DNA of 64,000 nt from Eledone cirrhosa (Eukaryota), in the NCBI GenBank assembly GCA_964016885.1, contig OZ024746.1, positions 81,592,001 to 81,656,000 of the forward strand, read 5' to 3'. A model generated the notes under the pieces. The model did no database searches. It had not been told where the DNA came from and saw only the letters and a program-made list of their open reading frames with translations. Below are positions 13,226 to 26,920 of the stretch, piece by piece. Position numbers and translations under genes: made by a program. Every line of letters starts with the position of its first letter. Position 1 is the first letter of the stretch.

Positions 13226-13392
13226 AAGGAAATGTGGTAAGGAACCAGGTGGACCATAACGCACTAAAGTACTCAATACTTAGGGTAGTAGAGTGGGTAA
13301 TAGGAACGAGTAGGACCCCGACGGCTGAGCTCAAGCCGTTTCGAGCCGTCGAAACGGCTTGAGCTCAGCCGTCGGGGTCCTACTCGTTCCTA
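13222..13392. mobile_element. PLE-tail-like family A fragment with hairpin
   Basis: Matches 5768-5885. taggaacgagtaggaccccgacggctgagctcaagccgtttcga pairs with tcgaaacggcttgagctcagccgtcggggtcctactcgttccta. Flanked by (TA)n. Confidence 0.6.
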
Positions 13393-13434
13393 TATATATA
13401 TATATATATATATATACAATATATATATATATAA

Positions 13435-13583
13435 AGTAGTAACACAACAGTTAGTTCACCATACCGAGAACAAACAATTGTTCTTGGTATAGTGAACTAA
13501 CTGTTGTGTTACCACTTCTACCAAACTCGTCGCATGGACTGAGTGCTCTACCACAACGGATATTACCTTCCAGTGTTCTACCT
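13435..13583. mobile_element. (TA)n-embedded repeat island with inverted 5' arm; second copy at 61211-61323
   Basis: gtaacacaacagttagttcaccataccgagaacaa pairs with ttgttcttggtatagtgaactaactgttgtgttac. The right part matches 61211-61323. Confidence 0.6.
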
Positions 13584-14995
13584 ATATATATATATAAAAT
13601 CAAAGGTGGGCTTAATAAATAACATTAGCAAATGTGCATACGGAAAAACAGATACAAACGACAAATGAATACAATCCTCTACTCTCCTCTTCAGCCATTC
13701 TTTGGAAAACAATTTCGTACGTTAGGGTGAGATTGTATTATTATGGCCAGATCATGTAGCGCCTTAATTTTTGTTTTTGTTTTTGTTTAGATGCTGGATA
13801 GATGCAAAAGACAACACAACAACAAAACAACTGAACAGAAAATAAACAACTACTAATATCTGTTATACTAAAAACTGCTCAGCGCCCACTTTTGATTTGA
13901 TTCGACCATCGTTCACTCGCACGACAACCAGTATTGTTTTACTTCTAATTTTATCTCCCTTTCCCAATCCTTTTGGGAAGAAAGTCCCAATATTTCCGTC
14001 CTTTCCTGCGTTATTTGTTGCACGTATGCCTTTGTCTTTTCACATACTAAATAGTATGAGGGGGGGGGGGGGGGTAAGTGAAAAGGGTAATATATGCTTA
14101 TATTCGTTTGTCGTTTATACTTGTTTTTCTATGTTCACATTTTCTAATATATATAGATATATGTGTGTATGTATGTCTGTGTGTGTACTATGACGTCAGA
14201 AACATGATACAATAGCAATGGCTATAATATCAATTACGTCATTGTTTATTATTTTCTTACACTCTTCATCCAACCAACCATTTTAGCCTCTGTTTCCTTC
14301 ATTAGATATCCTTTCTGTACTTAATGTATTCCTGTAACTCGAGTTTTATACAGATAACTCGTTTCATAATCTCTATTTCATAACCCATGCTTGTATTCAA
14401 CTTCAAAACTAAACGTTTATATTTCCAAGTGACGTCAGTCAGACACATATACAGTTGAATCTTGATTACTCAAGTAACGGGCGCGGTGCATTTTGTTAGG
14501 ATAAATTATTGCTCAGATAACGAATCCAAAGGAAGCCATACTCAGTATATTTACGAAAACATCTGGTTAACAGGGCTTTTATGTGTTGTAGAATGAGACG
14601 TTTTGAGCAGTCTTTGATGCCTGTTCCCCGCAATCTAGACCAGTGTTTCTCAATCTTTTAATCCTTGTGGAATCCTTGAAATAGTTTTCATCTCCCAGGG
14701 AACCCCTGCATAAAAGCTTGTTGCTGTTGCCTCAGATGTGGTCACAGCAACAAGCTTGTGTACATTAGGAGATATGTCCTTGGAATCAGTGCTGGGTTAA
14801 CCATTAAGCATGCTAAGGTCATCAAGGAAAGAGAAGCATAATTTTATTCGAAGATGTTTTTGGTTTTTTTCAGACTATATATATAATCTTTTAAATGCTT
14901 AGGGATTCGAAAGAACTTAATTCGGCCCCGCTTGGAAGAAAGTCATTGGAGGAATAAACATATTTGATTTCACCTTGGTTTAAACTTTTTCAAAA

Positions 14996-15078
14996 TTTCA
15001 ATTATTTTTATTAGTTAAACATTTTAACTCTGTTTATAAACAGAGTTAAAATGTTTAACTAATAAAAAATAATTGAAA
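14996..15078. repeat. Spacer-less AT-rich palindrome (~41-bp arms)
   Basis: tttcaattatttttattagttaaacattttaactctgttta | taaacagagttaaaatgtttaactaataaaaaataattgaaa, with one indel. Confidence 0.9.
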
Positions 15079-16002
15079 ATTTAAGTAGTAGATAAGCACA
15101 ATACTTTTGCTAACTGTAAACCAAATATACGTTCGTCTCACTGATGTCTGTATCTCCACTTTGACGTAATACTTTTATATGTTCTGCAGTAATCCAAATT
15201 CATTTCTAAAGATTGAAAACAAAAGTCGAAATAATAATGATAGTATTATTATCGCCTTTGGATGACACAGAGTGTCATGGGTCTCTCAGATAATTGATAT
15301 TTGGTTAATCGAGGTATGGTAGTATTGTGAACGTGATCTTTAATTATTAACTATATGGCATAAAGTAATATATCCCCAATGAATTTCAAGAATCGACAAT
15401 CGCTGTCTAAACCCTGGTCCATTTTTCTAAATTGTCACAGACTTATATTTAAAAAAAAAAAGAACCAAGTCTTTGTATTCACTGGTCTGTTCACCACTGT
15501 TTTATCTCAGCCCTCACATGTAATCTGTTATCATATAACAAGAACCAGGACCCGAATCATATGGCAAAGTATGCTAGTTAACTGGCATCATCAATTTTAC
15601 AGTACTTAGAGTGGCCCGTTACTTAAATCCTGTGGTACTTATTTTTTAGTTAGGTAGACAAGGCTATTTGAGAGTTGGTTGCTTTGGTCGTGGACGCACT
15701 GGACTGGATTAATAATTAAACAAGATAAGCTTAGGGCATTAAGGGAAGAGGGACACAATTAACTTCAAATTAATTTCTGTAGATTATATATATGGACGTG
15801 GGGGAGCCACCGCTATCTTTTAAGTGCTTAAAACTTCAGAAGGACTTAAACCGGCTTTGTGGACCCATATTAGTATCGATGAAAAAACTCGAACAATTTA
15901 CCTCTAGGTTGGCTGTCAAGAATCTTTGCCACGTTCTTAGATTTCCAAATAAAATAAAATATTCATATATATATAGAATAATCTATATCTTTGTTGCGAC
16001 GA

Positions 16003-16040
<38 letters not shown>

Positions 16041-16128
16041 GTGATAACATTTTACACGTTTTTATTGTATGTAAACTTCCCCCTTTGTATTTGTCCCCTT
16101 CTTTTGTGCCCCTGTGGCTAATAAAGAA

Positions 16129-16166
<38 letters not shown>

Positions 16167-16462
16167 TAAAGTCTTTGTATTGTCCCCTTTTTCTTGTGCG
16201 CCGTTGTGGCAAATAAAGAAATCTATCTATCTATTAATCTCTTTACCTATCTATCTACCTATCTACCTACTTACCTACCTACCTATCTACCTCTCTTTCT
16301 ATCTATTTTTCTATCTCTCTATTAGTTTATTGTTATTTATTAATGTTAAAGTTTATACAATTTTTATGTAAAACCCCCGCCGTCACGTCTTGTAATGTTC
16401 TATTTCTTGTACGACCTTGTGGCAAACCAAGAAAGATATCTATCCTATCTATCTACATAACT

Positions 16463-16644
<182 letters not shown>

Positions 16645-17128
16645 CTCATTCCACTCCCCATCTGTCTCAAAAGAACTTCCATTCATGTTGAGATAGATAC
16701 AAAGACAAAATGTTTACAAAATATATTTAGTCGTTTTCAAGGCCTTACTAAATTTTAAAAAAAAGATCCTTAGGTAAAGATTTGACAATGTTAAGCCTTA
16801 AAAAGTAATTGTTTTGTTTAAATGTTCATCACGTGATATATTGTAATTTGTTTGAAACAGACGGTGGGTAAAACACTTTGTTCACTACTCTATGTTCGGG
16901 CCTGAACATGTCTAATGTTTATATTTCATGTGAATACATACATATATTTATACATACACGCAGACACATGCACACACATACGTACATAGACACATACATA
17001 CATACATACATACATACATACATACATACATACATACATACATACATACATACATACATACATACATACTTACATACACACACATACATACGTACATACA
17101 TATGTGTATATATATATATATATACATA

Positions 17129-17192
<64 letters not shown>

Positions 17193-17193
17193 C

Positions 17194-17320
<127 letters not shown>

Positions 17321-17328
17321 CATATGTA

Positions 17329-17368
<40 letters not shown>

Positions 17369-17636
17369 CATATGTATATATATATATATACATATGTATA
17401 TATATATATATATATACATATATATACAGAGGCCGAGGAGCAGGTCGGTGTTTTTTAAGCTATGGTGTTCTCTTTGGTGTCTCAAAAGTAATACAACATA
17501 AACACTTGACATGGCTATTAGATTTTGATGTGTTAAAAAGAAAATCAATACTCTCATACACACACGCGCACACACACACATACACACACACATACACACA
17601 CACACATACACACACACACACACACATACACACATA

Positions 17637-17675
<39 letters not shown>

Positions 17676-17731
17676 AGACATACACACGCATACACGCACA
17701 CACACACACATACACACACACATACACGCAT

Positions 17732-17762
<31 letters not shown>

Positions 17763-17922
17763 TACACACATACACACACATACGTACACACGCACACATG
17801 CACACACGCACACGCACACTTTCTATCTCTCTAGCTGTTGGTGTTTCTCTCTCTATTTCCCATTCTCTCCCTCCCTATTCCTTTCTATCTCAGAGACAAA
17901 TCGCCCATCACACGCAAACACA

Positions 17923-17982
<60 letters not shown>

Positions 17983-17992
17983 TAATAATAAT

Positions 17993-18237
17993 ACTTTCTT
18001 TATTAACCACAAGGGTTTACACAAAGTAGACATTAAGGACAATACAGGACGGTTCAAATGGGAATTTCTGCGTGTAAGAAAAACCAAAAAAAACAGAGGA
18101 TGTAACAAAAAAGAACAATGCAAAATTCCCCAATAGGGGAGACTTCCGAGAGCCATCGTGGAGAAAGCCCGTTAAAAAAAATCCACGGTGACCCTGACCA
18201 CCAGGGCAAGTGCCCTCTCCCAGTTTTCCACCTTCAA
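17993..18237 (-). mobile_element. Retroposon 3'-end-like fragment embedded in (AAT)n
   Basis: Unique ~245 bp flanked on both sides by (AAT)n. The minus strand ends aataaagaaag-(tat)n. Confidence 0.5.
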
Positions 18238-18269
<32 letters not shown>

Positions 18270-18815
18270 CAACAACAGTAACAACAATAACAACAATGTC
18301 GCCAACAAATACAGAACTCTAAACCATTATAATCGGATTAGATTTATATTGTATTTACCAAGATAAGCTCTGCCATCTTAACGACAAATAAATTCAACTG
18401 AAATATATAAAAAAAAAAGGGGAACATATATATATATACATATACACACACACATATATATACATATATACATATCTCTCTATCTCTCTCTCTCTATATA
18501 TATATATATATGTATATATGTATATATATATATATACATATGCACATGCATGCATGCCGGTACACACGAACACACTCATATTTACATATTTACAGAAACA
18601 TGCATATATAATCGTGTGTGTGTGTGTGTACATAATCGATTAAAAAATACTTGAAGAGGGTCCCGTTATATCTATCTATATAAGAATGCATTTATGTGTG
18701 TGTATGAATGTCTGGTTGAATGGCCAACTGAATACGCACGTGTGGTTTTTTTTTGTCCCCAACTTTTTTTCTCACCACTCTTTACTTTCTATTTATCTTC
18801 TATTTCTAACTTTAC

Positions 18816-18849
18816 CTTCTGATGAAGCACTAGTGTCCGAAACGTTAAG
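18816..18849 (+). ncRNA. Minimal hammerhead ribozyme, family B (stem II mutated)
   Basis: ctt-CTGATGA-a-gcactagtgtcc-GAAA-cg-TT-aag. Homologous to 30455-30490 and 55029-55060. Confidence 0.65.
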
Positions 18850-18950
18850 ACTCTCTTCCTGCTATTTCCAGCGTTAAACTAATATATTTCTTCCATATAC
18901 TGTGCCGTTTGTTTTGTTAATTTTGGTATTTCTGTTTACCTATTACACAG

Positions 18951-19031
<81 letters not shown>

Positions 19032-19155
19032 GCAAACCCTCACACACACATATATATAAATATAGTTTGGGTGTTACCATTTAGACTAGTAAGACCGTGT
19101 TCGAACTTTTAACAGAAACACACACACACACATATATATATATACATATATATGC

Positions 19156-19300
19156 AGTGATATTCCGTTATAACGAAATTCACAGGGTATCAAAAAGTTC
19201 GTTGTAATGAAAAATTCTTTATAACGAGATCGACCTAACACATCGAGTGTGTGGTTGGGGATTGAAAAAAAATTCGTTATACTGAAAAATTCGTCATAAT
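19156..19300 (+). mobile_element. pogo/Tigger-like MITE fragment
   Basis: Starts cagtgatattccgttataacgaa, with repeated ttcgttat/ttataacga subterminal motifs. Confidence 0.45.
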
Positions 19301-19306
19301 ATATAT

Positions 19307-19800
19307 CTAGGGCGGGTAAAATTCCCGAGATCCAAGGACGAGTTCTCTCCAGCGGTCTCTATCCCTCATTATCGCTGCCATGTCCTGCGTCTCCAACAGA
19401 CCAGTGTCTGTCCTTAGAGCATCAACATATGTCAACCTCGGTCTCCCTCTTCTAGTGTGTTCGTGCAGGGGATCCCACGGGAGCACTGAGTGCATGTCCA
19501 GTCCAGCTAACCTCAGTCTCCTCTGTGCTACTTTCCAGCTGACTTTTAGACGGCTGCCGTAAAGCTCTGAGTTCTTTATTCTCAGTGTATACTGATTAAT
19601 GTTCAGAGCCATCCTCAGTATTCTCGTGTAGCACCCATCCACCACCTGAGTGAGTTTCTTGGTCAGTGTCCAAGTCTCAGACCCGTACAGCAGCACAGAC
19701 TCCACTGTAGCAATGAAGAGACGGATTTTCAGGTCTTTACGAAAGTCCGACTTCCACACCGATCTGAAACTGTGGCATGCCACCCAGGTTTGCCCTTCCT
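19307..19800 (-). pseudogene. RTE-clade LINE ORF2 C-terminal remnant
   Basis: KIRLFIATVESVLLYGSETWTLTK...DGCYTRILRMALNI...RRLRLAG...RRGRPRLTY...DRDRWR is the typical post-RT region of RTE-type LINEs. Confidence 0.9.
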
Positions 19801-19837
19801 CTCAATCACATCATATATAAATATATATATATATGAA

Positions 19838-20450
19838 GTCTAATTCTTCATTTATTATACTTAATTGCAACAACACAGCTCACTATTTTTTATTCATATA
19901 TGCTTTCCCCTTCGCTGTGACCTGTCTTTTTTCTCTTCCCTTACTGTTATCCTCTTTCTCTCTCCTCCCTCTTACTTTCACTCATCCCCTCTGCTAGTCA
20001 CCCTCTCTCGGCTAGCCTCTTCCTCGCACTTTCACTCACTCACTCTCTGCTACTCACCCTCTCTCTCTCACTTCCTCCATCGTCCCACACCGTACGAGGT
20101 CCTTTTCCTCGCTCACATCCGCACGGCTAAGATGTGTCTTTACCTTCTCGTCAATATTCGTCCGTTCTTATGTTCGAAATGAATTATTGACTTGATTTTC
20201 TCATTTTTTCCTCTCTTTACGTTGCCTCACCATTCGTGTTTGTTTACCTGTCTCTCTTTCTCCACCCAACACTTTTTATCCCAATAACTTATTTTAGTTA
20301 TTGTATCGCCCTAGCTGGAGGTATATTGTCTGTAATGCGAAGAAATACCTATGATGGCTAGTAGACCACTGATGACGGATATTCCTAACTTCTATTTCTA
20401 ATTCTTCATTTATTATACTTAATTGCAACAACACAGCTCGCCATTTTTTA

Positions 20451-20460
<10 letters not shown>
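19838..20460 (+). mobile_element. PLE-tail-like island with ~60-bp terminal direct repeats
   Basis: tctaattcttcatttattatacttaattgcaacaacacagctc occurs at ~19838 and ~20397. Interior is CT-rich, has a CTGATGA half-motif near 20369, and flanks are (TA)n. Confidence 0.45.
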
Positions 20461-20509
<49 letters not shown>

Positions 20510-20782
20510 TGTATATATATATATATATATATATGCACATGTGTTGTTTATATATTTCATAATAGTTTGATGTATTTATCGCTGTTTTTGTCGAAAGCAA
20601 CCCTTAATCTTTTTTGCTTATTCTTTGTTGTGTTCTCATCCGCTGTACGTCTTACTAACAAAGTAGTTTTGCAATCTGTTGTACGAACTGGTGCTAAAAA
20701 AAAAGTCTTGAGATGCTGTTGTCTGTTTTATATAACTGTTTTTTTTTTTAGTACATTTTTCTGCTGATGCTACCCCCCCCCC

Positions 20783-20827
<45 letters not shown>

Positions 20828-21499
20828 CTGCACCTTCTCGGTACTTCCGGGAGTGTCGACTATACAATCGTTAACAGAACTAGAAAACAAAACACTACAC
20901 CATTAAATATAAACAAATAAATGTGATATAGAAAGTTATTTACATATACATGTGTATATATATATATATTTATATATGTGTGTGTTTGTTGTGTGTGTGT
21001 GGGGGGGGGGGGGGGTGTATGTGGGGGTGGGGGGGGGGGGTACTCATATATATCGTCTTCATTTAGTCAGTACATTTTCAAGTGTAATTTTTTTTTTTTT
21101 TTTTAGTTTTGAAATCAAGTCAGCACATTTACTTTTCATAAATACTAGTTACTTGCGGTAGTTAATCGCTTTATTGTGTTCAGATTCCGCCCAAGCCTCA
21201 CATCCAACCGATGACTATATCATCTGCCATGCGTGTCAAGGCAGCGAATCATTCTGTGGTACTGGCCTCACTCCGCAATTAAATAGGTCCCCTATCGTCT
21301 CAATATAGCTGCATTATAAATACTGTAAAGGTGGGTGTTGTAGTAATTACCGTATTTCCCGGCGCCGAAGACGCTTCGTCCTCGAGAACACACCCTAAAC
21401 TTGACAACCAAAAATCTGAAAAAAAATAATAAACAACCTCGGCCTCCAGGATGCATGGTAGATCTTTGAGACTTCTTTTAGGAAAAATGTAGCGTCCTC

Positions 21500-21762
21500 G
21501 GTAAGTTCTTCGCCTCGCGGTTATAAGGTTGGGAGTTCCGATTCCTGGTTGTGCATCGTGTTCGTGAGCAAGGCACTTTATTTTACGTTCTTCGGTCCAC
21601 TCAGCTTGCAAAAATGAGTTGTTACACATTGTGTTACGCTGAATCTCCTTGAAAACTACGTTAAGTGTACACGTGTCTGTGGAATGTTCAGCCACATACA
21701 CGTTAATTTCATGAGCAAGCTCTTTGGTTGATCGCATCAATTGGAACACTAGTCGTCGTAAT
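21500..21762 (+). mobile_element. Second SINE family (CORE-like, S2)
   Basis: B-box-like gagttccgattcct, then gtgagcaaggcactttattttacgtt...gtccactcagct. Related reverse copies at ~54290-54495 and ~59385-59590. Confidence 0.65.
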
Positions 21763-22589
21763 TGATACAGAGGCTTTGAAGACGAAGTACCATTATGGTC
21801 GAACTCGCAACTCTCTGAAAATAAATCAAACTTACTAACGAATGATCCCAGGTTTTCAGAAACCTTGGAAACATCCTCAACATCAAAGATATACTGATGA
21901 TTAGTATAGGTGGTTTGTTTTACTTGGACTTTTATCTTTCCCATGTCAATGAATGCATTAGTCGAGTGCAGGAATCGATATAACCGTGTATGTTCCTTCC
22001 CCCATAATTTGTGGCCTTGTACTAGAATAAGCAATTATTATAGACTTGGTAGTTGATGTAATTGTTGATGCTGATGCTGGTGTTGGTGTTTCAGTTGTTT
22101 TGTGCAACCAACTGTTCGGTACAGGGCAACAAATATTGGTTTTTAATTGAAGCACAATACCAGCAAATTTGGGGGATGGGTGAATTTGATTGAATGAACC
22201 CAAATACTACTTGACTGGTACTATATTTATTGACTTCGGAAAGATGAAAGTCCAAGTTAATCTCGACGAAATTTGAACACTAAGTAATAACATAACATCT
22301 CCGACACTTCAACTCTGAACATAGAAAGTCTTAACTAAATACTCCAAAGCATTTGGTCCGACGCTCCACCAATACTCGACTGGCATATATCAGAGCCGTA
22401 TGCTGGTTGTTTCGATAATGAGTTATCGTGCTGGTCTTACAACTCTGGCATATGTATAAACATAGAAGCTTTAGGTTATTTATACACATACTTTATATAG
22501 ACTTCAATATCACTTAAACGTTGTTTCTGGGTATGTATTCATCATTAGTTAATGTCCGCTTTCAGAAAATTGAAGATTATGGATCACCA

Positions 22590-22633
<44 letters not shown>

Positions 22634-22687
22634 AAGCGATGAAATACCAATGATGGTTGGAAGATCACTGATGAAGGACTAACTTTA

Positions 22688-22730
<43 letters not shown>

Positions 22731-22735
<5 letters not shown>

Positions 22736-23285
22736 TTTACGTATAGTATATTTAATAATATACTGTATGTTTATTTTAAAACATTTTGAAGGCCATTCGC
22801 TGTGAAGTGGTACTAGTCTCGGCAAAAGCAAAGCGGAGTAATCGAGTTATAGAATCTAGTTTCTATAACTCTCGGCAGAAGTGAAGGTGCATGTAGTCTT
22901 GACAACCACTTACAAGTGAGAAACGGTGACTGCCGATTACTCCGCTTTGATTTTGCCGAGACCAGGTATGTGGCGATAGCCACTACTTTAAAATTCATAG
23001 CGAATGGCCTTCAAAATGTTTTAAAATAAAAATGCAGTATATTATTAACTATATCATATTAAAGGGCGGTGGATTGGCAGTATCGGTAGAGGGTCGGACG
23101 CCATACTTTCCAGCATAGTTACGTCCCTTTACGATCTGAGTTCAAATCCCGCCGAGGTTGACTTTGCCTTTCATCCTTACGGGGTCGATAAAATAAAGTA
23201 CCAGTAATGCACTGGGTAATTGCTGGCCTTGTGCCAAAAGTAGAAACAATTATTAACTATATCATACTATACCTACATTCATATA
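22731..23285 (+). mobile_element. Family C foldback element with apical HHR-like motif, interrupted by a SINE
   Basis: Nested inverted arms (22750-22805 vs 22995-23048; 22816-22843 vs 22933-22959). Motif agtc-TTGACAA-cCACT-taca-AGTGa-GAAA-cggt-gact at 22895-22931. Homologous to the elements at 31833 and 49450. Confidence 0.65.
23064..23248 (+). mobile_element. Full-length SINE S1 with 18-bp flanking duplication
   Basis: attattaactatatcata occurs at 23041-23058 and 23249-23266. Confidence 0.9.
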
Positions 23286-23311
23286 TACATCGCTATTCCA
23301 GAGCACCAATA

Positions 23312-23344
<33 letters not shown>

Positions 23345-23346
<2 letters not shown>

Positions 23347-23530
23347 CGGGTAAAATTCCCGAGATCCATGGACGAGTTCTCTCCAGCGGTCTCTGTCCCT
23401 CATTATCACTGCCATGTCCTGCATCTCAACAGACCAGCGTCTGTCCTTAGGGCATCAACATACGTTAACCTTGGTCTTCCTCTTCTAGTGAGTCCATGTA
23501 GGGGCTCCCAAAGGAACACTGAGTGCAATG
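23345..23530 (-). mobile_element. RTE LINE 3' end, second copy of the 19307 family
   Basis: High identity to 19310-19495 (ggcgggtaaaattcccgagatcca...). Confidence 0.85.
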
Positions 23531-23638
23531 TCAACTCTGGATGTCATAACATAACATAACATAACAACATAACATAACAAGGGCGGTGCCCCAGCATGGC
23601 CTCAGCCGGATGGCTGGAACAGGTAAAAGAGTAAAATA

Positions 23639-23675
<37 letters not shown>

Positions 23676-24079
23676 ATGTTCTCTTTACACATTCACTGTA
23701 TTTTACGTCTGTCCAATTCTTGGTTTTTTCCTTCTTTTCCTATAATTTTGCTTTCTGATTATCTAGGTTTTGCAATTCTTGGTTTTGTGTTCTGTCCGCT
23801 ATATTCTCAAACTTCTTTTATATTCTCACATCTAAACGAATATTTTTGATAATACTTTTGTTAATGTAGATGTTTCAGCTGCTGCTGTGGATCATTCGTA
23901 TCATGATATAATCTTTCTCTGGTATTCATATTAATGTTTTTTGATGCCCATGTGTGAGATTTTTTTATTTCCAAAATTACTGCGTATCATTAGTTTTGAA
24001 AACAATTTACGACCAGGTTGTATAATGGTACTGCAAGAACAGAATTATAACAAAGAAGATATTTTGCCATCAGCCAATC

Positions 24080-24229
24080 AATTGGCAGAGTCATAAGAAC
24101 GTCGGACAGAATGCTTTGCGGTTTTCGTTCCAGTTCTCTACACTCCCTGATTTCAAATGCCACCGAGGTCAACTTTGCCTTTCATCCTTTCAAAGTCGAT
24201 AAAAAAGTTACAGTCCAGTACTGGACTCG

Positions 24230-24232
<3 letters not shown>
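24080..24232 (+). mobile_element. Diverged SINE S1-like copy
   Basis: ttggcagagtc...tttcaaatgccaccgaggtcaactttgcctttcatcctttcaaagtcgataaaa. Confidence 0.7.
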
Positions 24233-24295
<63 letters not shown>

Positions 24296-24828
24296 CCTCT
24301 CTCTCTCCCTCTCTCTCCCTCTCTCTCTCTCTCTCTCTCACTCGTTGTCTCTCTAGCTTTGGAAATATCGGTTGTTTAGACTTGGAAAGGAGATGTTTTC
24401 AACCGGGTTTAAAGACATATCGTATGTTATGACGGTGCCTCTACGACTCCATCAAAAGTTACGTGTCCATAGATACATATAATTTGCCAACATTTTCCCT
24501 CACCTAATACAAGCAGAATGTACTCCATTAACATTTATTTCATAGACCCCGAAAAGGTGAATGGCAACGCTGAGCATAGTAGCACTTGAACCTAAATATA
24601 AAGCCATTTTGTACTCTACTTTACTGATTTTGACATTCATTGCCCTTAACAATGGTAATTTCTTTTATTTGTCGCAGGGGCTGAAGACATTAGGAACAAT
24701 ATGAAGGCGAAATACATAGGAAAACAAACAAGAAACCGTGGGCTATTTACATAGAGTAAAGAGATGAGATGAGATCAACAATAACAGTAAAGATACATCA
24801 AAGACAGTAATAACAATAATAATAATTT

Positions 24829-24865
<37 letters not shown>

Positions 24866-25291
24866 GGGGTTAATGTTGGTGTTGATAAACTTAGTGGTGA
24901 TAGCCACATTGCTAGAAATGTTACCAAACTCTCTCACCCACCATAACAAACAGAGACGAACAAATAAAGAGTTCTTCCATGCGATGCCGTCAATCCATCT
25001 CCCCCTCTACACATAGACACACACACACACAACACCACCACCACTACCCTCACCACACCGCCACCACCGCCATCACCGCCACCAGACCCACCACCAACAC
25101 TACCCTCACCACCGCCGCCACCACCACCAAGCCACAATACCGCCAACACCACCACCACCACCACCACCACCACAAACATCACCACCAACACCACAAACAC
25201 CAGCACTACATTCACTCCTTTGAATGTCTATTTGCCTGTTCATGTCGGTAAACGTTCGGGCCTTTTGTATTTTAGTTTGTTTTCTATTCTC

Positions 25292-25371
<80 letters not shown>

Positions 25372-26588
25372 CATGTATTTCTATCTAATTATCTACAATA
25401 TCTCTTTCCTTCTCTCCTCAACCTCTTGCTCTCCCGATCCTTAATTCCTTATCTACCTATCTATCTGTCTCTGTCTCACTTTCTATTTTTTTCCATTTTT
25501 TTTTTACTCTCCTCTCTCCATTTCGATTGTGTTTAACCTTTTGTCTTGTCTAATTATACACTTGTCAAGGATTTATAAGCTTATCGGTCATTTGAAATTA
25601 TTGATTAACTGACAAACTTACAATATAATCCGGTTTCAGATTTAAACATCTCTTTTGTACACCCTCCCATTCCATCAAATTTCCACTGTATTTTTTTACC
25701 ATTGTTATTTTTTTAAGTTTTGTTGTTGCTGTTGTTATTGTTGTTGTTTGCATCTAAGCATGCGGCATATCTTGTTATTGGTATTTTTCGTTATATAGTT
25801 AATGTAGTAGTTGAAGAGGCTATTGTTGACATTGGTGTAGTTATTCTTGTTGCTGTTGCTGTTGCTTAGCCCAAGGTAAGTCGTGGTCAAGCAGATCTAT
25901 GATCAAAGGCAATTCTAACCATGACATCTCACCTCACACCCGTCTTCGATCTATGATCAAAGGTAATTAATCATGACATCTCACCTCACATCCGTCATCT
26001 TAATCACCGTCACTAGATTCCTCGGAATCTACTCTTTGTAGTGCGTTTTTGAGAGAGATTTAGCTGTTGCTATTTCTAGCAAATCGCGTAACCACATAGA
26101 TGATGTCGCTGTTACTGTTGCTGCTTTAACTGTAGTTGTTGTACTTGTTGTTCTGGTTGTTAATCTCCTTTTTTTCGGTTGTGGTGACAGGAGATTTAGT
26201 TGCCAACCGATCCCCTATCTTTTAGTTATAAACTCTTTGGTAAATATCACTATAACCACACTTAGAGATTTATAGAGTAAATTATAGAATTAGGGATTAA
26301 AACAGGTTTATCCATGAATTAATTTCGTGTCCTCTCATAGAAAATATCGCATGCATAGTTTGTCCACCTAATAAATTAACTGCTGAACAGTTTTGCCGTG
26401 TAACAGCGTTGTGGAAATATACAAAGGGTGGAAAAAGTCGTAGTGCATTATAGTCTATCACAGGATTTGGCGTAAATATCGGTAAACTGCGTAGTGGAAA
26501 TGCAGACTTAGTAATTTCTTTAAGGTGATCAGAGCAAAAATTTTCAAGAATTTGGTTCATAAGTTTGCTGAAATGTAAGTTGCGATGG

Positions 26589-26920
26589 ACTCAAATTGTA
26601 CAGCTTCCTATGGCCCTGAGTACCCAGGCCTACTTGGTCAGAACCTGCATAGGAGAGAGACGACATTAACATCATAATAAACTAATACTGCTGCTCAACC
26701 TATTCAATGTAGCACCCCGAATCCTTACTACTTTTAACTCAAATTGTACAGCTATCCTGTGGCCCTGAGTACCCAGGTGACGATCCTGCGTGAAATGTCT
26801 TTGACCATAGGCCTACTTGGTCAGAACCTGCATAGGAGAGAGACGACATTAACATCATAATAAACTAATACTGCTGCTCAACCTATTCAATGTAGCACCC
26901 CAAATCCTTACTACTTTTAA
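26589..26920. repeat. Local tandem duplication (~149 and ~183 bp copies)
   Basis: actcaaattgtacagct...tccttactacttttaa occurs twice. The second copy has 34 extra nt. Confidence 0.9.

Noticed and set aside
21300-22034. 244-aa non-repetitive ORF
   Set aside because: It runs antisense through two SINE fragments, has no recognisable domain and is most likely a chance open frame.
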